From the NCBI RefSeq assembly GCF_037042905.1, contig NC_087245.1, positions 33,792,001 through 33,856,000 of the forward strand: 64,000 bases of DNA. Direction: 5' to 3'. The number at the start of each line of letters is the position of its first letter. Positions within the stretch are counted from its first letter, which is position 1. Below are positions 25,165 to 38,686 of this stretch, one piece after another. The notes beneath the pieces are model-generated. The model did not search any database. It was not told where the DNA came from and saw only the letters and a program-made list of their open reading frames with translations. The DNA comes from Lytechinus pictus. Taxonomy: Eukaryota. A program made the translations under genes and the position numbers.

Positions 25165-28100
25165 CATCAACAGATAAAGTGGCAAGAGTGTTAAGTTTAT
25201 CTCTTACAAATCCAAACTCGCTCGGCGTAAATTAAAAGGATCTAAAGTAGTAGTATTAGAGGACTTGACGAAAAGGAACGCCAATTCGCTATCACAAATG
25301 AAAAAGTACGTTCGGCCTGGACAATGGATGGAAGAATATTTGCCTTAATCAAAACAACAAATGGCAAAGAAATACGTAAACTCATTACATCTCACACCGC
25401 TCTGTCAAACTTGTAGTCACAGGACTTTGAAATTTTGTAGTCCCAATTTGCTGACACTAATAATCATCTACATGTATAATCTATGTAATCTACATCAATA
25501 TTCTGCATCTGAAGGTTATTTTTACCTTGAATCACTGCATCCATGTATTGTTTGTACATGTATGTTATGAGCTTTGATATTTATTGATAATTTTGTATAC
25601 ATACATGTATACATGTATACATGTATATATTTACATGTATATCAATATCAATATGTATATATCAATCCACATCTATCAATATCAATATTTTTGCACAGGT
25701 TGTGTGACCTTGATCCAGTACATTCATGTACCGTTAATTGTTTGTTTGTTCTTTAACATGTATAGTATAGTATAGTATTTATTTTTCCGATCCAGAATAC
25801 ATAAAAAACAAGACAAATAATACCTATATAAGAGTGAGAGAAACAACAAAATGGAATCGGCTGGATAACCCATATTGAGCTGTGCCAGGCACGACACTGC
25901 TGGTCTTCCATGGGGTCCAGAAAAGAAGCTAATTAAAACTGTTATATTTACAAGCAAATAAAAAATAAATAAATAAAAGGATATGAGTGTACACGAGTAA
26001 TCTATATAATCTAAACGATAAAAGACATGATCATAACTATGCTAGCAATATAATAAAAAGGTGATTGTTAATAACATAATGATTACACATAATACAAATA
26101 AACAATAATCAGATGACCAAAAAAAAAAAAAAAAAGGGACAACCCCGACACCCGCCCCCCCCCCCCCGGGACAGAATGGGCCTATAGTTTTAGAAATCCC
26201 AAAGTTGAAAATTATGTAAGGTGAGACGTTGCGTCTAATGTCATAAGGCAATTTTTGAAAGCATGTAAATTTGTTGCAGATCGGGCACAAGCAGGAAGAT
26301 TATTATATAAGCTGGCGCCTCTATATTCAAAAGTTCTTTTCAAGAATTCAGTATTAGGTTTAAGAGTACATAACTTGTCTCCAAAGCGTAAGTTATACCC
26401 GTGAGTAGATGTTTTAAAACAGTCTGAAATGTAAATCGGGGTCATTTTATTTAGTGATTTAAACATATAAATTAGCAAGTGTTTGTTTCTTCTGGTATAA
26501 AGGGTGTTCCAATCAAGGGCATTGTGGATTTCAGAATTGGATGTGCGAGATGAACGATTTATATATAAAATTAAACGACCAGCGCGGTTTTGGAGTTTTT
26601 GAAGTCTTTCCGTTAGGTATTTACTGGCCGATCCATAAATAATATCTCCATAATCAAAGTGGGGAAGAATAATAGTTTTATAAATGAGTTTGAGAATAGT
26701 TTCGTTTAGAAAGCTTCTTAACTTACCAAGAAATCCAACCATTTGACCTATCTTTTTGATCATTTTATCAATATGAGTATTCCATTTGATTTGGTCGTCA
26801 CAAATTACACCTAAGTATTTAACATCATTAACCTGTTTGATTTTGTTCGTGCCTGGATTTACATTCAGGCATTTGTCTTTTGACAACATATGACGACTGC
26901 CAATTAACATGCAGACTGTTTTTTCGTAGTTAACACTTAATCTATTTTCAGTCATCCATTGATTTAAAATAAGTAGATCGCTGTTTGAAGTAGATTCAAT
27001 TTCATGGACTGAGGCATTGCAATAATATAGTACTGTATCGTCAGCGTACAATTTTAGTTTACTTGACTTTATTTTGATGCTAAGGTCGTTAACATATATG
27101 ATAAATAAAAGCGGCCCTAATAATGATCCTTGTGGGACCCCACATGAGATGACTTTGGTAGATGAAAGAGAGTGATTAACGAGTGTTTGACATGTTCTAC
27201 CGGTTAAATATATGCCTGTGAGGCGCATGATAATATTGTATTTACATCTGTACATCAATATCTACTTGCATATCAACACCGATAAAATCCATGTACATCA
27301 ATAACTACATCGACATGTATATCAATATTTTAAGCCTGAGGTTATATTTATTGATTGTACTGTATTTACATTTATCTATCTATATCAACATTTTTGCATC
27401 CAGTACATCTTTCTATTGGTTGTTTATGCTTTACGCCCTTGAGGTATGAATTTTATTGATAGCACTGTATTTACATCTGTACATCAATATATACATGTAT
27501 ATCAACACCAACATCAACATGTACATCAATATCTACATCTATCAAATATCAATATTTATTGCATATGTTTGACCTTGATCCAATACACCTTTGCATTGTT
27601 TGCTTGTACTCATATGCCTTTGAGGTATGTTATTCATTGACTGTATTGTATTTACATTAATCTACATCAACAGCTACATGTATATCAAAACCAATACCCA
27701 TGTACCTCAACATTTACATCTATCAATATCAATCAAGTGCATCCTCGTATTGTTTGTTTGTTCTTGATTGCATTGTACCTACATTTATCTACATCAATAT
27801 ATCAACACCAATTTTTACATACATCAATATCTATATCTTTATCAATATTTTCTTCATATGTTAAAACGCTGTTTTACAGTGTACCTTGAACCAGTATATA
27901 CTTGTAATGTTTGTTTGTACTTACATGTCTTTGAGGTATTATATTTATTGATATGTACATTTATCTACATTAACAAAATGTATATCAATACCATCTGTAC
28001 ATCAATATCCACATCTATCTACATCAATATTTTTGCATCCAGCACATTCTATTGGTTATTTGTGCTTTATGCCTTTGAGATATGATATTTATTGATAGTA

Positions 28101-31100
28101 GTGTGTTTAAACTTATCTACATCAATATTTACATGTATTTCAGCACTAATATCCATGCACATCAATATCCACATATAAATATCAATATTTTTTGCATTTA
28201 ATGCGTGTTTGATCTTGATGAGGTACATTGTATTATTTGTTTGTACTTACATGTATACATGCCTTTTGAGGTATGATATTTATTTATAGTATTGCATTTA
28301 CATTCATCTACATTAATATCTCTGCATACTTTATCAACACCAATATCCATGTACATCAATATCTACATGTATATCGATATTCTTGCACAATATATTAAAA
28401 GGCTGTTTGACCTTGATCCAGTACATCCTTGTATTTGATTGTACAATATATGCCTTATATATCAGTGTATTTCAAAACTGTATACATGCAATAATAGTAT
28501 TGCGTTATTGCAAGCTGTGTATGTTATTTCCAGAAGATTGGACAGTCTTATTGATAGTTCCTTTTAAAAAAAAAATATTTTGCAGATTCTAGTCTTATTT
28601 TTGAAAAGACACGTTGTTATAATTCCTATTTTCCATGTTATGTTCCTTATAATTCTGCATTTTTTTTCTTTAAACAAGATTGTTATCTTCAACTGTTGTT
28701 GCCCCCCTCGTAGTTAGGTGTTATTTGATATCTTCTTTTTTTCTTCTTCCTTTCTTTGACTTCTGTTTACGTACCTACATTTACATGTCTAGCCGTACAC
28801 CATGTTGTACTTGTGAAGTTATATGTGACCGAAACCATAGTCAAGCTGATTTATCTGATTTTATATGTTCCATTTGCAATGGAAAATCTTTCCTTTTAAC
28901 CATATTATTGAAGATGATGAGTTTTTATGGGCACTTCAACAGGCATATGCTAATTTTCAAAATCTTAAAATTAATCCTTTTGTAATGCATAATAACCTTG
29001 AAGACGTTCATTATTCCCTCAATCTACATGCACAATCTTCTGTAGAAGATATTTCAGAGGATGAGACATTTCAATTTCCAAAAAATCCATGTTCATATTA
29101 TCTTCCTGATGATTTTTGTACTAAATATAGTAACTCTGATGATAGACTATCTCTATTACACTTAAATGCTAGGAGTCTCTGCTCACATTTTAGTAAACTT
29201 GAGGAGTTACTGACTTCCCTTGATTTTAGCTTTTCTGTTATAGGAATATCAGAAACTTGGCTGAATTATTTCATGTTAACGTCTATCTATAATATATCTA
29301 ATTACTCATTTGTGCACACATGTCGTGATTCCAGGCCTGGTGGGGGTGTTGCCTTGTATATTTCCGAAAACGTTGAATTCCTTGAAAGACCAGACCTGAC
29401 TGTAAATAATTCATTCCTTCAAACTATTTTTATTGAAATTGTCAATGTCAACTCTAAGAATATAAATGTTGGAAATGTCTATAGACCTCCCAATACTGAA
29501 ATTGACTCGTTTTTACATGATATGGATTCTCTGCTTTCTCATATACACAATGAAAAAAAAATACTATACTTAATGGGAGATTACAATATCAATTTGTTAA
29601 ATACTGATAGTCACACAAAAAGCATAGAGTTTGCTGATACTATGTTCTCATACAATTTATTCCCAGTAATCACCAAGCCTACACGCATATCATATAAATC
29701 TGCTACCATAATATATTTTTACAAATGCAATCCAATTTGAATATGAAAGTGGGCTACTATATTCTGACATTTCAGATAATTTCCCAATATTTTATGTTGC
29801 AAAAAAATTTAATAATCAATTTCAAGGGAACCCCGTCTGAGGAGAATGATAAATGATGCTGGGATCGATTGCTTAAAAAAGAAATTGATCTGTCTAGACT
29901 GGAAACCAATCTATGCATCCAACGATGTCAACCATGCATAATATGATCTGTTTTACTTAATTTTTTTATGATGCCTATAATGAATGTCTTCCTACTGTTA
30001 ACAGTAAAAAAACAAAACACGATTCCACAAACCATGGATTTCTTCTGGCATCATGAAATCTATAAACAAAAAAATATCCTATATAAAAATTTTCATAGAT
30101 ACTCTGGACCAGAAAAGATTAAAAAAAGGAAAGAAGAAAAATACAAAAGCTATAAAAATTGTTTGGTAAAACTAATTCGGTTTGCTAAAAGAGAATATTA
30201 TAATAAAAAATTTAACACCTTAAGAGGTAACATGAATAAAACATGGAAAGAAATCAATAAAATATTGGGGAAAAAAGCTCAAATTTCTCTACCGACCAAA
30301 ATGTTTTATAATAATGAATCTTTTGATACCAATCAAATGAAATCTAATTATTTCAACAGATATTTCGCAAATTTGGGCAAAAATCTTGCTCAAGTCATCC
30401 CTGACTGCGACACAGACTTCATGTCTTTTTTAGGAAACAACAATATTCATTCAATGTTTTTTTAAACCAACCAATATAAATGAAATACTAAAGATCGGCT
30501 CCTTCTTGAAATTAACGTTTTCCTGTGGCTCTGATGATATTATCCCATCTATTGTGAAAAAATGTATTTATCAATGTGTCCATTAGGAAACAACAATATT
30601 CATTCAATGTTTTTTTAAACCAACCAATATAAATGAAATACTAAAGATCTGCTCCTTCTTGAAATTAACGTTTTCCTGTGGCTCTGATGATAATAATATC
30701 CCATCTATTGTGAAAAAATGTATTTATCAATGTGTCCATCCACTGTCATGACTGTGTCATATATAATATGTCTCTTGAATATGGTGAAGTTCCTAATGCA
30801 TTTAAAATAGCTAAAATTATTCCAATTTTCAAAAAGGGTGACCGTAAAGACATTGTTAATTATAGACCAATTTCTGTTTTACCCATCTTCTCAAAGATAC
30901 TAGAAAAAATAGTTTTTGAACGTTTGTACAGCTTTTTGAATCATAACAATATATTAATCTCACAACAATTTGGTTTTCGTAAAAATTACTCAACGTATAT
31001 GCCAATATTTCACATGTATGATCGTATAATGCAAGAAATAGATAAGGGTAATCTCACTATTGGTATATTTTTGGATCTCTCGAAAGCATTTGACACCGTT

Positions 31101-32531
31101 GACCATGACATACTTCTTTAAAAAAAAAGAAACATTATGGAATAAGAGGTCTCGCTCTTGATTGGTTTGATAATTATTGATCGAATCGCATGCAGTATGT
31201 TGTGGTCAACGGTGTCAAGTCAACTTTCAGTCATGTATCACACGGCGTTCCGCAAGGGTCCGTCCTCGGCCCCTTGCTTTTCCTTTTGTATATCAATGAC
31301 CTTGTGAATTGTTCCTCAATTCTTAATTTCATACTCTTTGCTGATGATACCAGTATCACTCTTTCTCAAAAAATATTATTCCTCTCATTAACACCATAAA
31401 TATTGAACTTCATAAAGTCGTCGTCTGGCTTCAATGCAATAAACTGTCACTGAACCTTGAAAAAACTAAATTTTTACTATTTAAAACACAAACTAAAAAA
31501 ATTGGTACTGACATTCCTCCAGTTATTATGGATGGCAAGATTATTTCCCAGGTATCAAATATCAATTTTTTAGGTATCAAGATAAATGAATTTCTATCCT
31601 GGAAACCTCATATTGATGATTTATGCACTCGTTTATCAAAAAGTACTGGTGTCCTCCGCAAACTAAAGTTTATTTTACCCAGACATGTATTAATTTCACT
31701 ATATAATACTTTGGTTTTATCCCATCTCACTTATTGCTGTATGTTATGGGGGAATGGATTCAAAACACATTTACATAGATTATTTCTTATTAAAAAAAGG
31801 TTAATAAGAACAGTTTGTAATGCACACTTCAATAGTCACACAAACAAGTTATTTCTCGATTGTAAAATATTGAAAATTTGTGACTTGGCTCTTATGTATA
31901 CTTATATATTATGTACAATTACCATTCAAATCTCTTGCCAAATATTTTTAATAATCTCTTCAACACAAATGCCTCTTACCATTCATACTTTACGCGTCAT
32001 TCAGCAGATCTTCACTAATATCTTCCAAAAACTTAAATTACCCCAAATTCTCTACGTTGTAGAGGAATCAAGTTCTGGAATGATTTAAATAATGATATTA
32101 AACAAAGTAAAACCCTAAATAAGTTTAAAAAACTTTTGAAAGTTCAATTTTTCTCTCAGTATAAAAACTCCTGCCAATAGCACGCTGTAGGTCACTATCA
32201 TTTATAATTATTACTTCTAGTTTGCTTGTTTGTTTATTTCCCCTATATTAGCCCATTGTTTCTTTTTTCTCTCTTTTTTTTTTATTGTATTTCAATTTTA
32301 TTTTTTGTTCACTCTTTATGTATGTCTTATATTTATTTGTATTTAAATGTATCATGGTGGTGCCCCACCCACAAGTTTTTTTTTATATGAAAACTTCCAG
32401 GGGCTCCCAATCCCATGTTTTTATCTAATTTGTATATACCTGTATTTTTATGATTGATTGATTGAAAAAAAAATTGAATTGAATTGAAAATTGAAAAAAA
32501 TTGCATTAAATTGAATTGAATTAAATTGAAT
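25165..32531 (+). mobile_element. CR1-group LINE: ORF1 C-terminus, long repeat spacer, frameshifted ORF2 (APE + RT), 3' UTR
   Basis: ORF1 remnant RRKLKGSKVVVLEDLT...WTMDGRIF; ORF2 motifs [68 protein letters not shown]; (TTGAA)n tail; absent from the paralog at 63531-63547. Confidence 0.9.
25761..27210 (-). mobile_element. 5'-truncated CR1-group LINE nested in the spacer of the larger LINE
   Basis: Open RT C-terminal half (CGVPQGSLLGPLLFIIYVNDL, LYADDT, YRGASLYNNLP); AATAAA and (ATACT)n tail. Confidence 0.9.
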
Positions 32532-33558
32532 TATGAGAGCATTTCAACTTTTCATATAAACTGGAACCAGAGACAAATCATTTCGGGAAGATTACACATA
32601 ATGAGGTCACATAACCATATACTTTATGAAATTGCCCAAATATCAAATAAAGCTATTGTTTTATTATTTGGAATATGAAGTGAATCTGCTGCTCCTCTTA
32701 TATGGTATATACCATTATTAATAGTTTATTTTCTTGTTTTTGATTAAATAACTTGTTTTTTATGAGAGTAAATTTTGCTTATATGATCATTTCATACGAA
32801 AAAACGTCACTTGAGATGTAACTTGGCATTAATTCATTATATTTGTTGTGTTTAGAAGTCATAATTAAATTAAATATTTTATTAATTGAAATTTGAAAAT
32901 CACTACAGATTGATATAACTATTCAAATCAAAATAATAAAAAAATCAAAGAAAATTTTGAGTATTAAATACCATTCTCCCTCTTGCGCAGGGTTACTGAC
33001 TCTCGTGCCATAATGACACTCCCTCCTTTCACTTCATTGTCTTGAGCATCCTTCTCATTCAGACCAACCTTACAGCTTTTCATTCTTCAACATATCTTTC
33101 CATGCAACCTTCAGCATTTCTTTTCCACTTGTGCCAACTCCCAGATCCCATGATCACTTCACAGGTTCATTATCTTCCCTCCTCAACACATGGGCCATTC
33201 ATCTCAAACTACTTCCTCAACAGTTTCTTCTTAGCCTAACCTTTCCATGAGCTTACCTGTGTCCTTTCTACCAGATATTTGAATGCTACTCATCTTCTTT
33301 CGACCACAGCTCTTTCTGTTCTAAAGATTCCTTTATTCTATTGTCTTAAAATTCAATTAAAAAAAAAATTGATCAAGCAATTCATGTTTCGGCCGTAGAT
33401 TTATTTATTTTTGCTGCTACCCTTTCAGTATAATACTTAATTATTGTTCCTGTTTGATTATGTCATGTTTGTTCTATGAATGTTTTTGTTCTTATGCTGA
33501 TAAAAGTAAAATGAGTCGAATTAAATGTAGACTTGGTTTCTTGTATGTGAACTTCCAG

Positions 33559-33673
33559 GGACCCCAACACAGTGGATACAATGTCAGCCTTTGAATCAGC
33601 CGTCCAATGGGCCATAGATGGCAAGTTCACCCAACAAGATATTGATGAAGCTAAGCTTTCAGTCTTCTCAGTA
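33559..33673 (+). pseudogene. PITRM1: Isolated exon of mitochondrial presequence protease (pitrilysin metallopeptidase 1)
   Basis: TTCCAG acceptor and GTAAGT donor; translation (R)DPNTVDTMSAFESAVQWAIDGKFTQQDIDEAKLSVFSV matches the PreP C-terminal RDPN...KFTQQDIDEAKLSVFS motif; remnant PSDKGQQYF near 35924. Confidence 0.8.
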
Positions 33674-34039
33674 GTAAGTCTATGGGGTTGCAGACCTCTT
33701 AATTATTCTGAATCTTGCAGCTATGGTTACTATTGTAAATACCATGGAAACCTTAATTGTGATTGACTGTTGGGTCATGTTACCATGATATAGTGTAGTC
33801 GCTATAATGGCATAGTTACCAAGTAGCTCTCAATGAAGCAGTTCCCCTAAACTGTAACCTTTCCAAGCTATTGGTTAGTGGTTACATGACTTTGCCCCTC
33901 TCTGTACTGAGTACACACAGATAAGATATGAAATGCAACCATTTTATGTAATCATTTTTTTGCTGAAATGTGGTATCTTCCTAAACTATGAAATATCAAA
34001 TTATTGTATGAATTCAAAAAATTTTAGTACACAAATATA

Positions 34040-35789
34040 AACCCCTCAAAAAAAGTTTGGAAATCTGAGTTTGGCCATTAATTTCTCCCAACTCCCGATT
34101 TTACACAATGCATATTTGATATCATTCAAAAGATCATTTAATTCTCTTTAAAATGACATAATGCTGGTTATGATCATGTCATCTTGAAAAGAGCATGATT
34201 ACAAAGTGTGCTATGAGGTCTGAATTAAAAAGCTGCAAAACGAGCAGAAATAGTCATGAATTATATGAAAATACATTTATATATAGTGGCCCAAAATTTG
34301 GGAATTCTCTTCACCCTGATATCCAGCTTTCCCCTTCTCTTAATTCTTTTAAAAGAAAATTAAAATTAATTTTGTTGCAGTCTTACAAAACCCCACATTG
34401 ATTCCTTTACCTCTATGATATATTTATTTATTTATTGTTTACCTGTTTACAGGTTACCCTCGGTGATTGTGTTAGATTGACTACACTTCTCTCATTCTCT
34501 CTCTCTCCTCTCTCTTTGCCTTTCTCTTCATTTCTCCCTTCTTCGGATTTTCGCAGTTTGTGCAGCAATGTTTGTTTATTTTTACTCTGATTGTGTGTCT
34601 TATCTTTTGTTGTTGTTGTTTTGCTTTGTTGTGTCTTCATGTCTTTGTTGTCTCTGCTTCACCTTTAATATTTATTTCATTTATTATAATTATTTGTTTT
34701 CATATCTTCATAATTATTTTTTTATATCTTTATTTCATTATCTTTTTTGTATTGCTGCTTTTTTGGCCCATATAGATTTAAGTGTTATACGTTATACTTT
34801 TTTTTTCTTTTTGAGTGGTCCACCCTTTACAAGCTTTGCTTTTTAGTGGGCCACTCCATTTTTCCAACATACATGTATCTTGCATATTATTATCAAATTG
34901 GAAATATTATCTTCTGTATCAAGTGTATATTTTTTATATTTGGTTTATTTGAATATTTATGTCATTTATATTGTCTGATGTTATGTTTTATATATCGTTA
35001 TTATTGCATTGTAAAATTTGTTGGAAAAATGAATAAATAAATGAATGAATGAATGAATGAAGGGTCAATACAGAACATGATTCTTTTTGTCTGTGTCAAT
35101 AGAGATGGAAATCCATTAAAATCAAGCCCCTGCTTCTTCATTTTTTATGTTTTGTTGTGGTTTATGTAGTGATGGTTCTGTGAGATAAAATGGTTTGAGT
35201 CGTGGTTTGAAATACCCATACATGTTTGTTTGTTACGTGTTTATTTGTGCAGAGGTGTGTTTGATTCCATGTTAATGTTGATGTTAAGGTGCATGAAAAC
35301 AATTAAAAGAAACCGCTGAGAAACTCACTCATCACTACGGAAAATATTGTGTCATTTTGCAGCTTTTGAATTTTGACCTTGCCCCACATTTCAAGGCACT
35401 GCACCTCCATGTGAACCATAATCATATCATGTAGGGCATCATTTTAAAGAAAATTAAATTATTTATTTATTGATATTAATAACACATTAATAAAACCGAG
35501 GAGGAATTATCGATCAAAGTCAAAAGAGGGCGCTGAGAAACTCACTCATCACCACGGAAAAAGAACAGTGACTTTCAATATTGTGTCATTTTGCAACTTT
35601 TGAATTTTGACCTTGCCCCACATCTCAAGGCACTGCACCTCCATGTGAACCATAAACATATCATGTAGGGTATCATTTTAAAAATAATTAAATGATCTAT
35701 TTATTGATATTAATTAAACATTGATATTTACTAAAAGCGAGGAGAGATTGTCGATCAAAATCAGATTTCCAAAGTCTTTTTGAGGAGTT
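34040..35789. mobile_element. Tc1-type MITE with a nested LINE 3' fragment (about 34250-35060, +)
   Basis: TIR AACCCCTCAAAAAAAGTTTGGAAATCTGA vs TCAGATTTCCAAAGTCTTTTTGAGGAGTT; TA flanks; nested YSGPKFGNSLHPDIQLSPSLNSFKRKLK with (ATGA)n tail; internal ~220-bp direct repeat. Confidence 0.75.
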
Positions 35790-36981
35790 TATATTATCAT
35801 ATTAATTCAATGTACATTCATAAATCATTCGTAAATTTGTGTGGAATTTTATTTTTTTTAATTGTTAAAATCATATGGAGCGTAAAGGTGTATGTTTTTT
35901 TTTTGACACATGGCATGAACATGCCCAGTGACAAAGGTCAGCAATATTTTTGTGTGATATAAAATGGAATTCAATGAATTTTGAACAGGCAAGAGACGTT
36001 CTTTTTTTTTCACTGCAAAACTATGGAAAATGTTATTTGTTAAAACCTTGTGTATTTTTCTTTGTCCAAACTCGTAAAAAAATTCATGGCATCACAAAAA
36101 ACATGATGTCATGAGTTTTTTCCCTGCATGAAGCAAACAAATAAAGGTATAGTTGTCAATCACTTATATATCTTATTACATGTACTCAGTATGTAAAATG
36201 TAAGTGCAATAGATAATCTCTGACTGCAGACTGTTTTGAAAGTTATACCCAGATTTTATACTCAATGTACAGGGGTGTGAAAGTTCATTTTTTAACTGAT
36301 TTCAGCTAATTTTGATTTTGATTTTCAGCTCATTATAAATTTCATCTGTACAAAAGAATGGGAGATCTTTCAATTTCAGCTTCGTTAAACACTCTTTTGA
36401 GCTCTTGTCACTCTCAGTCCTGTGTATAATATAAAAATAATGTAAAATAGCATATGTATTTGATTGCCTCCATAAATAAAATTGCTGAGAGTTTGTCCAT
36501 TTGATAAAATAATGCAGGCCATAAACCAAGGTGATGTTTCATAAAACTGCAAGTAAAGACTGAACTATGACACACCAAGTGGTTTTCTCACTTTCAAATG
36601 CATTATTCACTGGTGCTCAAATTGCATTGGTTTAGTAAATCCTAGATTTACCTGTCCTGGTTAAGTTCAGGTTAAGTTAACTCAAGGTTAAATTGCATTG
36701 CTTAAGTTACCCCTAGGTAAACTTTCATTGATAAGTTTACTTTGGCCAAACGTTTATCGAGATAAAAAATGACCTGTTAGTAAGGACCACTTATGCGCAG
36801 AGATGATATTTACTATTCTTGAATATGTGATAAATGTATATTTTGAGCAAGTTTGCAAGAACCTGTCTCTAATTACCACCTGCCGTAACGTAAAGGCAAA
36901 TTTAAATCTTTGGCGTTCTTTTTAGACAGTTTCAACGGCACCTACATAGTTAGAAATCCAAATGATTTTCTATGTAATATA

Positions 36982-37226
36982 TTAAAAAGACCTATTGCCT
37001 ATATCGGCGTCATCTTTCTGAATAATATTAGAAAATGCACCGAGGAATTGAGTCAGGGTGAAACCGATGATGCCACCTGCGACAGCATCCGGAATATAGT
37101 CTTCAAGGAACTTGAGCTGTGGGTATAAGGCTGTAACCTGTCCTGGATCTCCCTTAATGAGAAAGAATATGAGGCATGGTACCAGGTCATCTCCGCCTAC
37201 TTGGTAATCATCGACACCCATTTTAC
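36982..37226 (-). CDS. Last exon of the VPS9-domain gene (VPS9 C-terminal half)
   Basis: CAACAG acceptor, phase 1; RKMGVDDYQVGGDDLVPCLIFFLIKGDP...LKFLEDYIP...GIIGFTLTQFLGAF matches the VPS9 GADDLLP...GY-LT signature; TAA stop. Confidence 0.88.
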
Positions 37227-37524
37227 CTGTTGATCATAAAGAAAGTATCAGGAATAATGATTACCAAAACCAGACACCAAACCGTCTTGACTGATATAGG
37301 AATTAGAGTGTGCATGGTAACTATATAGAAGGCAGGGTCTTGATTTAGAAAGAGAAGTGAGCAATGAAAAGAGGACTTATTTAATAATCAGAGAACAGAT
37401 AGATTGCTTAAAGAAATTTGGTTGCCGTTTTAATTACCGACCGTACATCAAGTTGGTGAAAGTGGAAAAGATATATCATAATACAATATAGTTATAATAT
37501 CAGTGAATAACTTGTAACACTTAC

Positions 37525-38434
37525 GTGAGACCTGTTCTTTGACCGACTCAGTCAGAGCTTGAAGACACATGACCAACAAGCGAAGCTTTGCCAAAGGAAA
37601 CCTTTCTTGTAATACCATCCTCAGACAACGGTATGGCTGGCTGAACATCTCTTCAAAACTCAAGGGTCCTTCCAGCAAACTGTTTGTGCTATACCTCTCT
37701 TGTCCAGGATTAGGAAGGGTGCCCTGTCCTTCAGAACGACCGTTTCGAGATTCTGTCATGATGGCAGAGAGATTGTCGAGATGTGGCGATAAATGTATCA
37801 CATCACGCAAGAATGGGTACAAGTTTTCCATCTCCTCAACCAGATTTGATGTCACATATATATGTGATACACTATCTACACATTCAAGTTGATGTTCCGC
37901 TACACTATCGGCACCTATACCCCACTTTGCCACCTGGTTACCTTGTTCATCTTGATCGTATTTCGACCAGTCTGTATACAGATCTTTCCCTGACTTTATC
38001 TCTCTGTAGAAAGCCTGCCTATTGAATCCATGCCTTGATATTGAGGTCAAGTCTTTGCCTGACACACAAGAATCGTCTTCTTCAGAAGATGTTGGATCGG
38101 TTTGCGTACGCTTTTCTATCACAGACACATGTGAGATACTGTCTGCATTTTTTTCGCACTCCCCTAAATCTTCACAGCTGGCATCCTCTTTTACCTTCTG
38201 GCTACTGACCCGACGAAGATCTTCCACTGTCGTTGATTCTCTGTTAAACTTGTGTATAGATGATGGGACAGACAGTGGCCTGATGGAATCTTCATCAGCA
38301 GCCTTCTCTGTGATTTGTGGTGTAGAGATTATAAGAGAAGACTGGCCTGTCTCAATGACTTGTAGACTTCTTCGCTTCCTTTTCCTGGGATCATCTTGTG
38401 AGTGGCGCAGCTTTACCTCGCTGTCATATTCGAG
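37525..38434 (-). CDS. Large exon D of the VPS9-domain gene (S/E/D-rich insert plus VPS9 N-terminal helices)
   Basis: CATACAG acceptor and GTAAGT donor; 910 nt open, phase 0-1; ends FSQPYRCLRMVLQERFPLAKLRLLVMCLQAL, which is VPS9D1-like. Confidence 0.85.
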
Positions 38435-38686
38435 CTGTATGAATGTGGTATTGGACATTCATGATTAAATAATGCATTTTATATTTCTTTATCTTTATCC
38501 GTCACAGCATGCATATAAATATGACCCTAAGTTAAATCTTTGCTTTACTTTTCTCTGTCCGTTTTCCCCTATTTCTCATGCTTTTACTTTCGTTTCCCCA
38601 AAACTCCCCTAATTTTGTGATTAAACATCACAATAGAGTGGTAAAATATGGATTTCAGTGGCGGCACCTAGAGGAAGGGGGGGGGG

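Larger units (their letters stand above)
1..32880. repeat. Tandem segmental duplication, unit 1 (partial; begins left of the window)
   Basis: Collinear near-identical blocks: 1-2450 vs 46389-48850, 13240-13690 vs 54230-54660, 14858-15530 vs 55808-56495, 19240-20312 vs 56630-58193, 24174-25164 vs 58190-59036 plus 63413-63531, 32532-32870 vs 63547-63900. Confidence 0.95.

Noticed and set aside
37569..38468. Plus-strand ORFs overlapping exon D
   Set aside because: Antisense shadows of the real minus-strand exon
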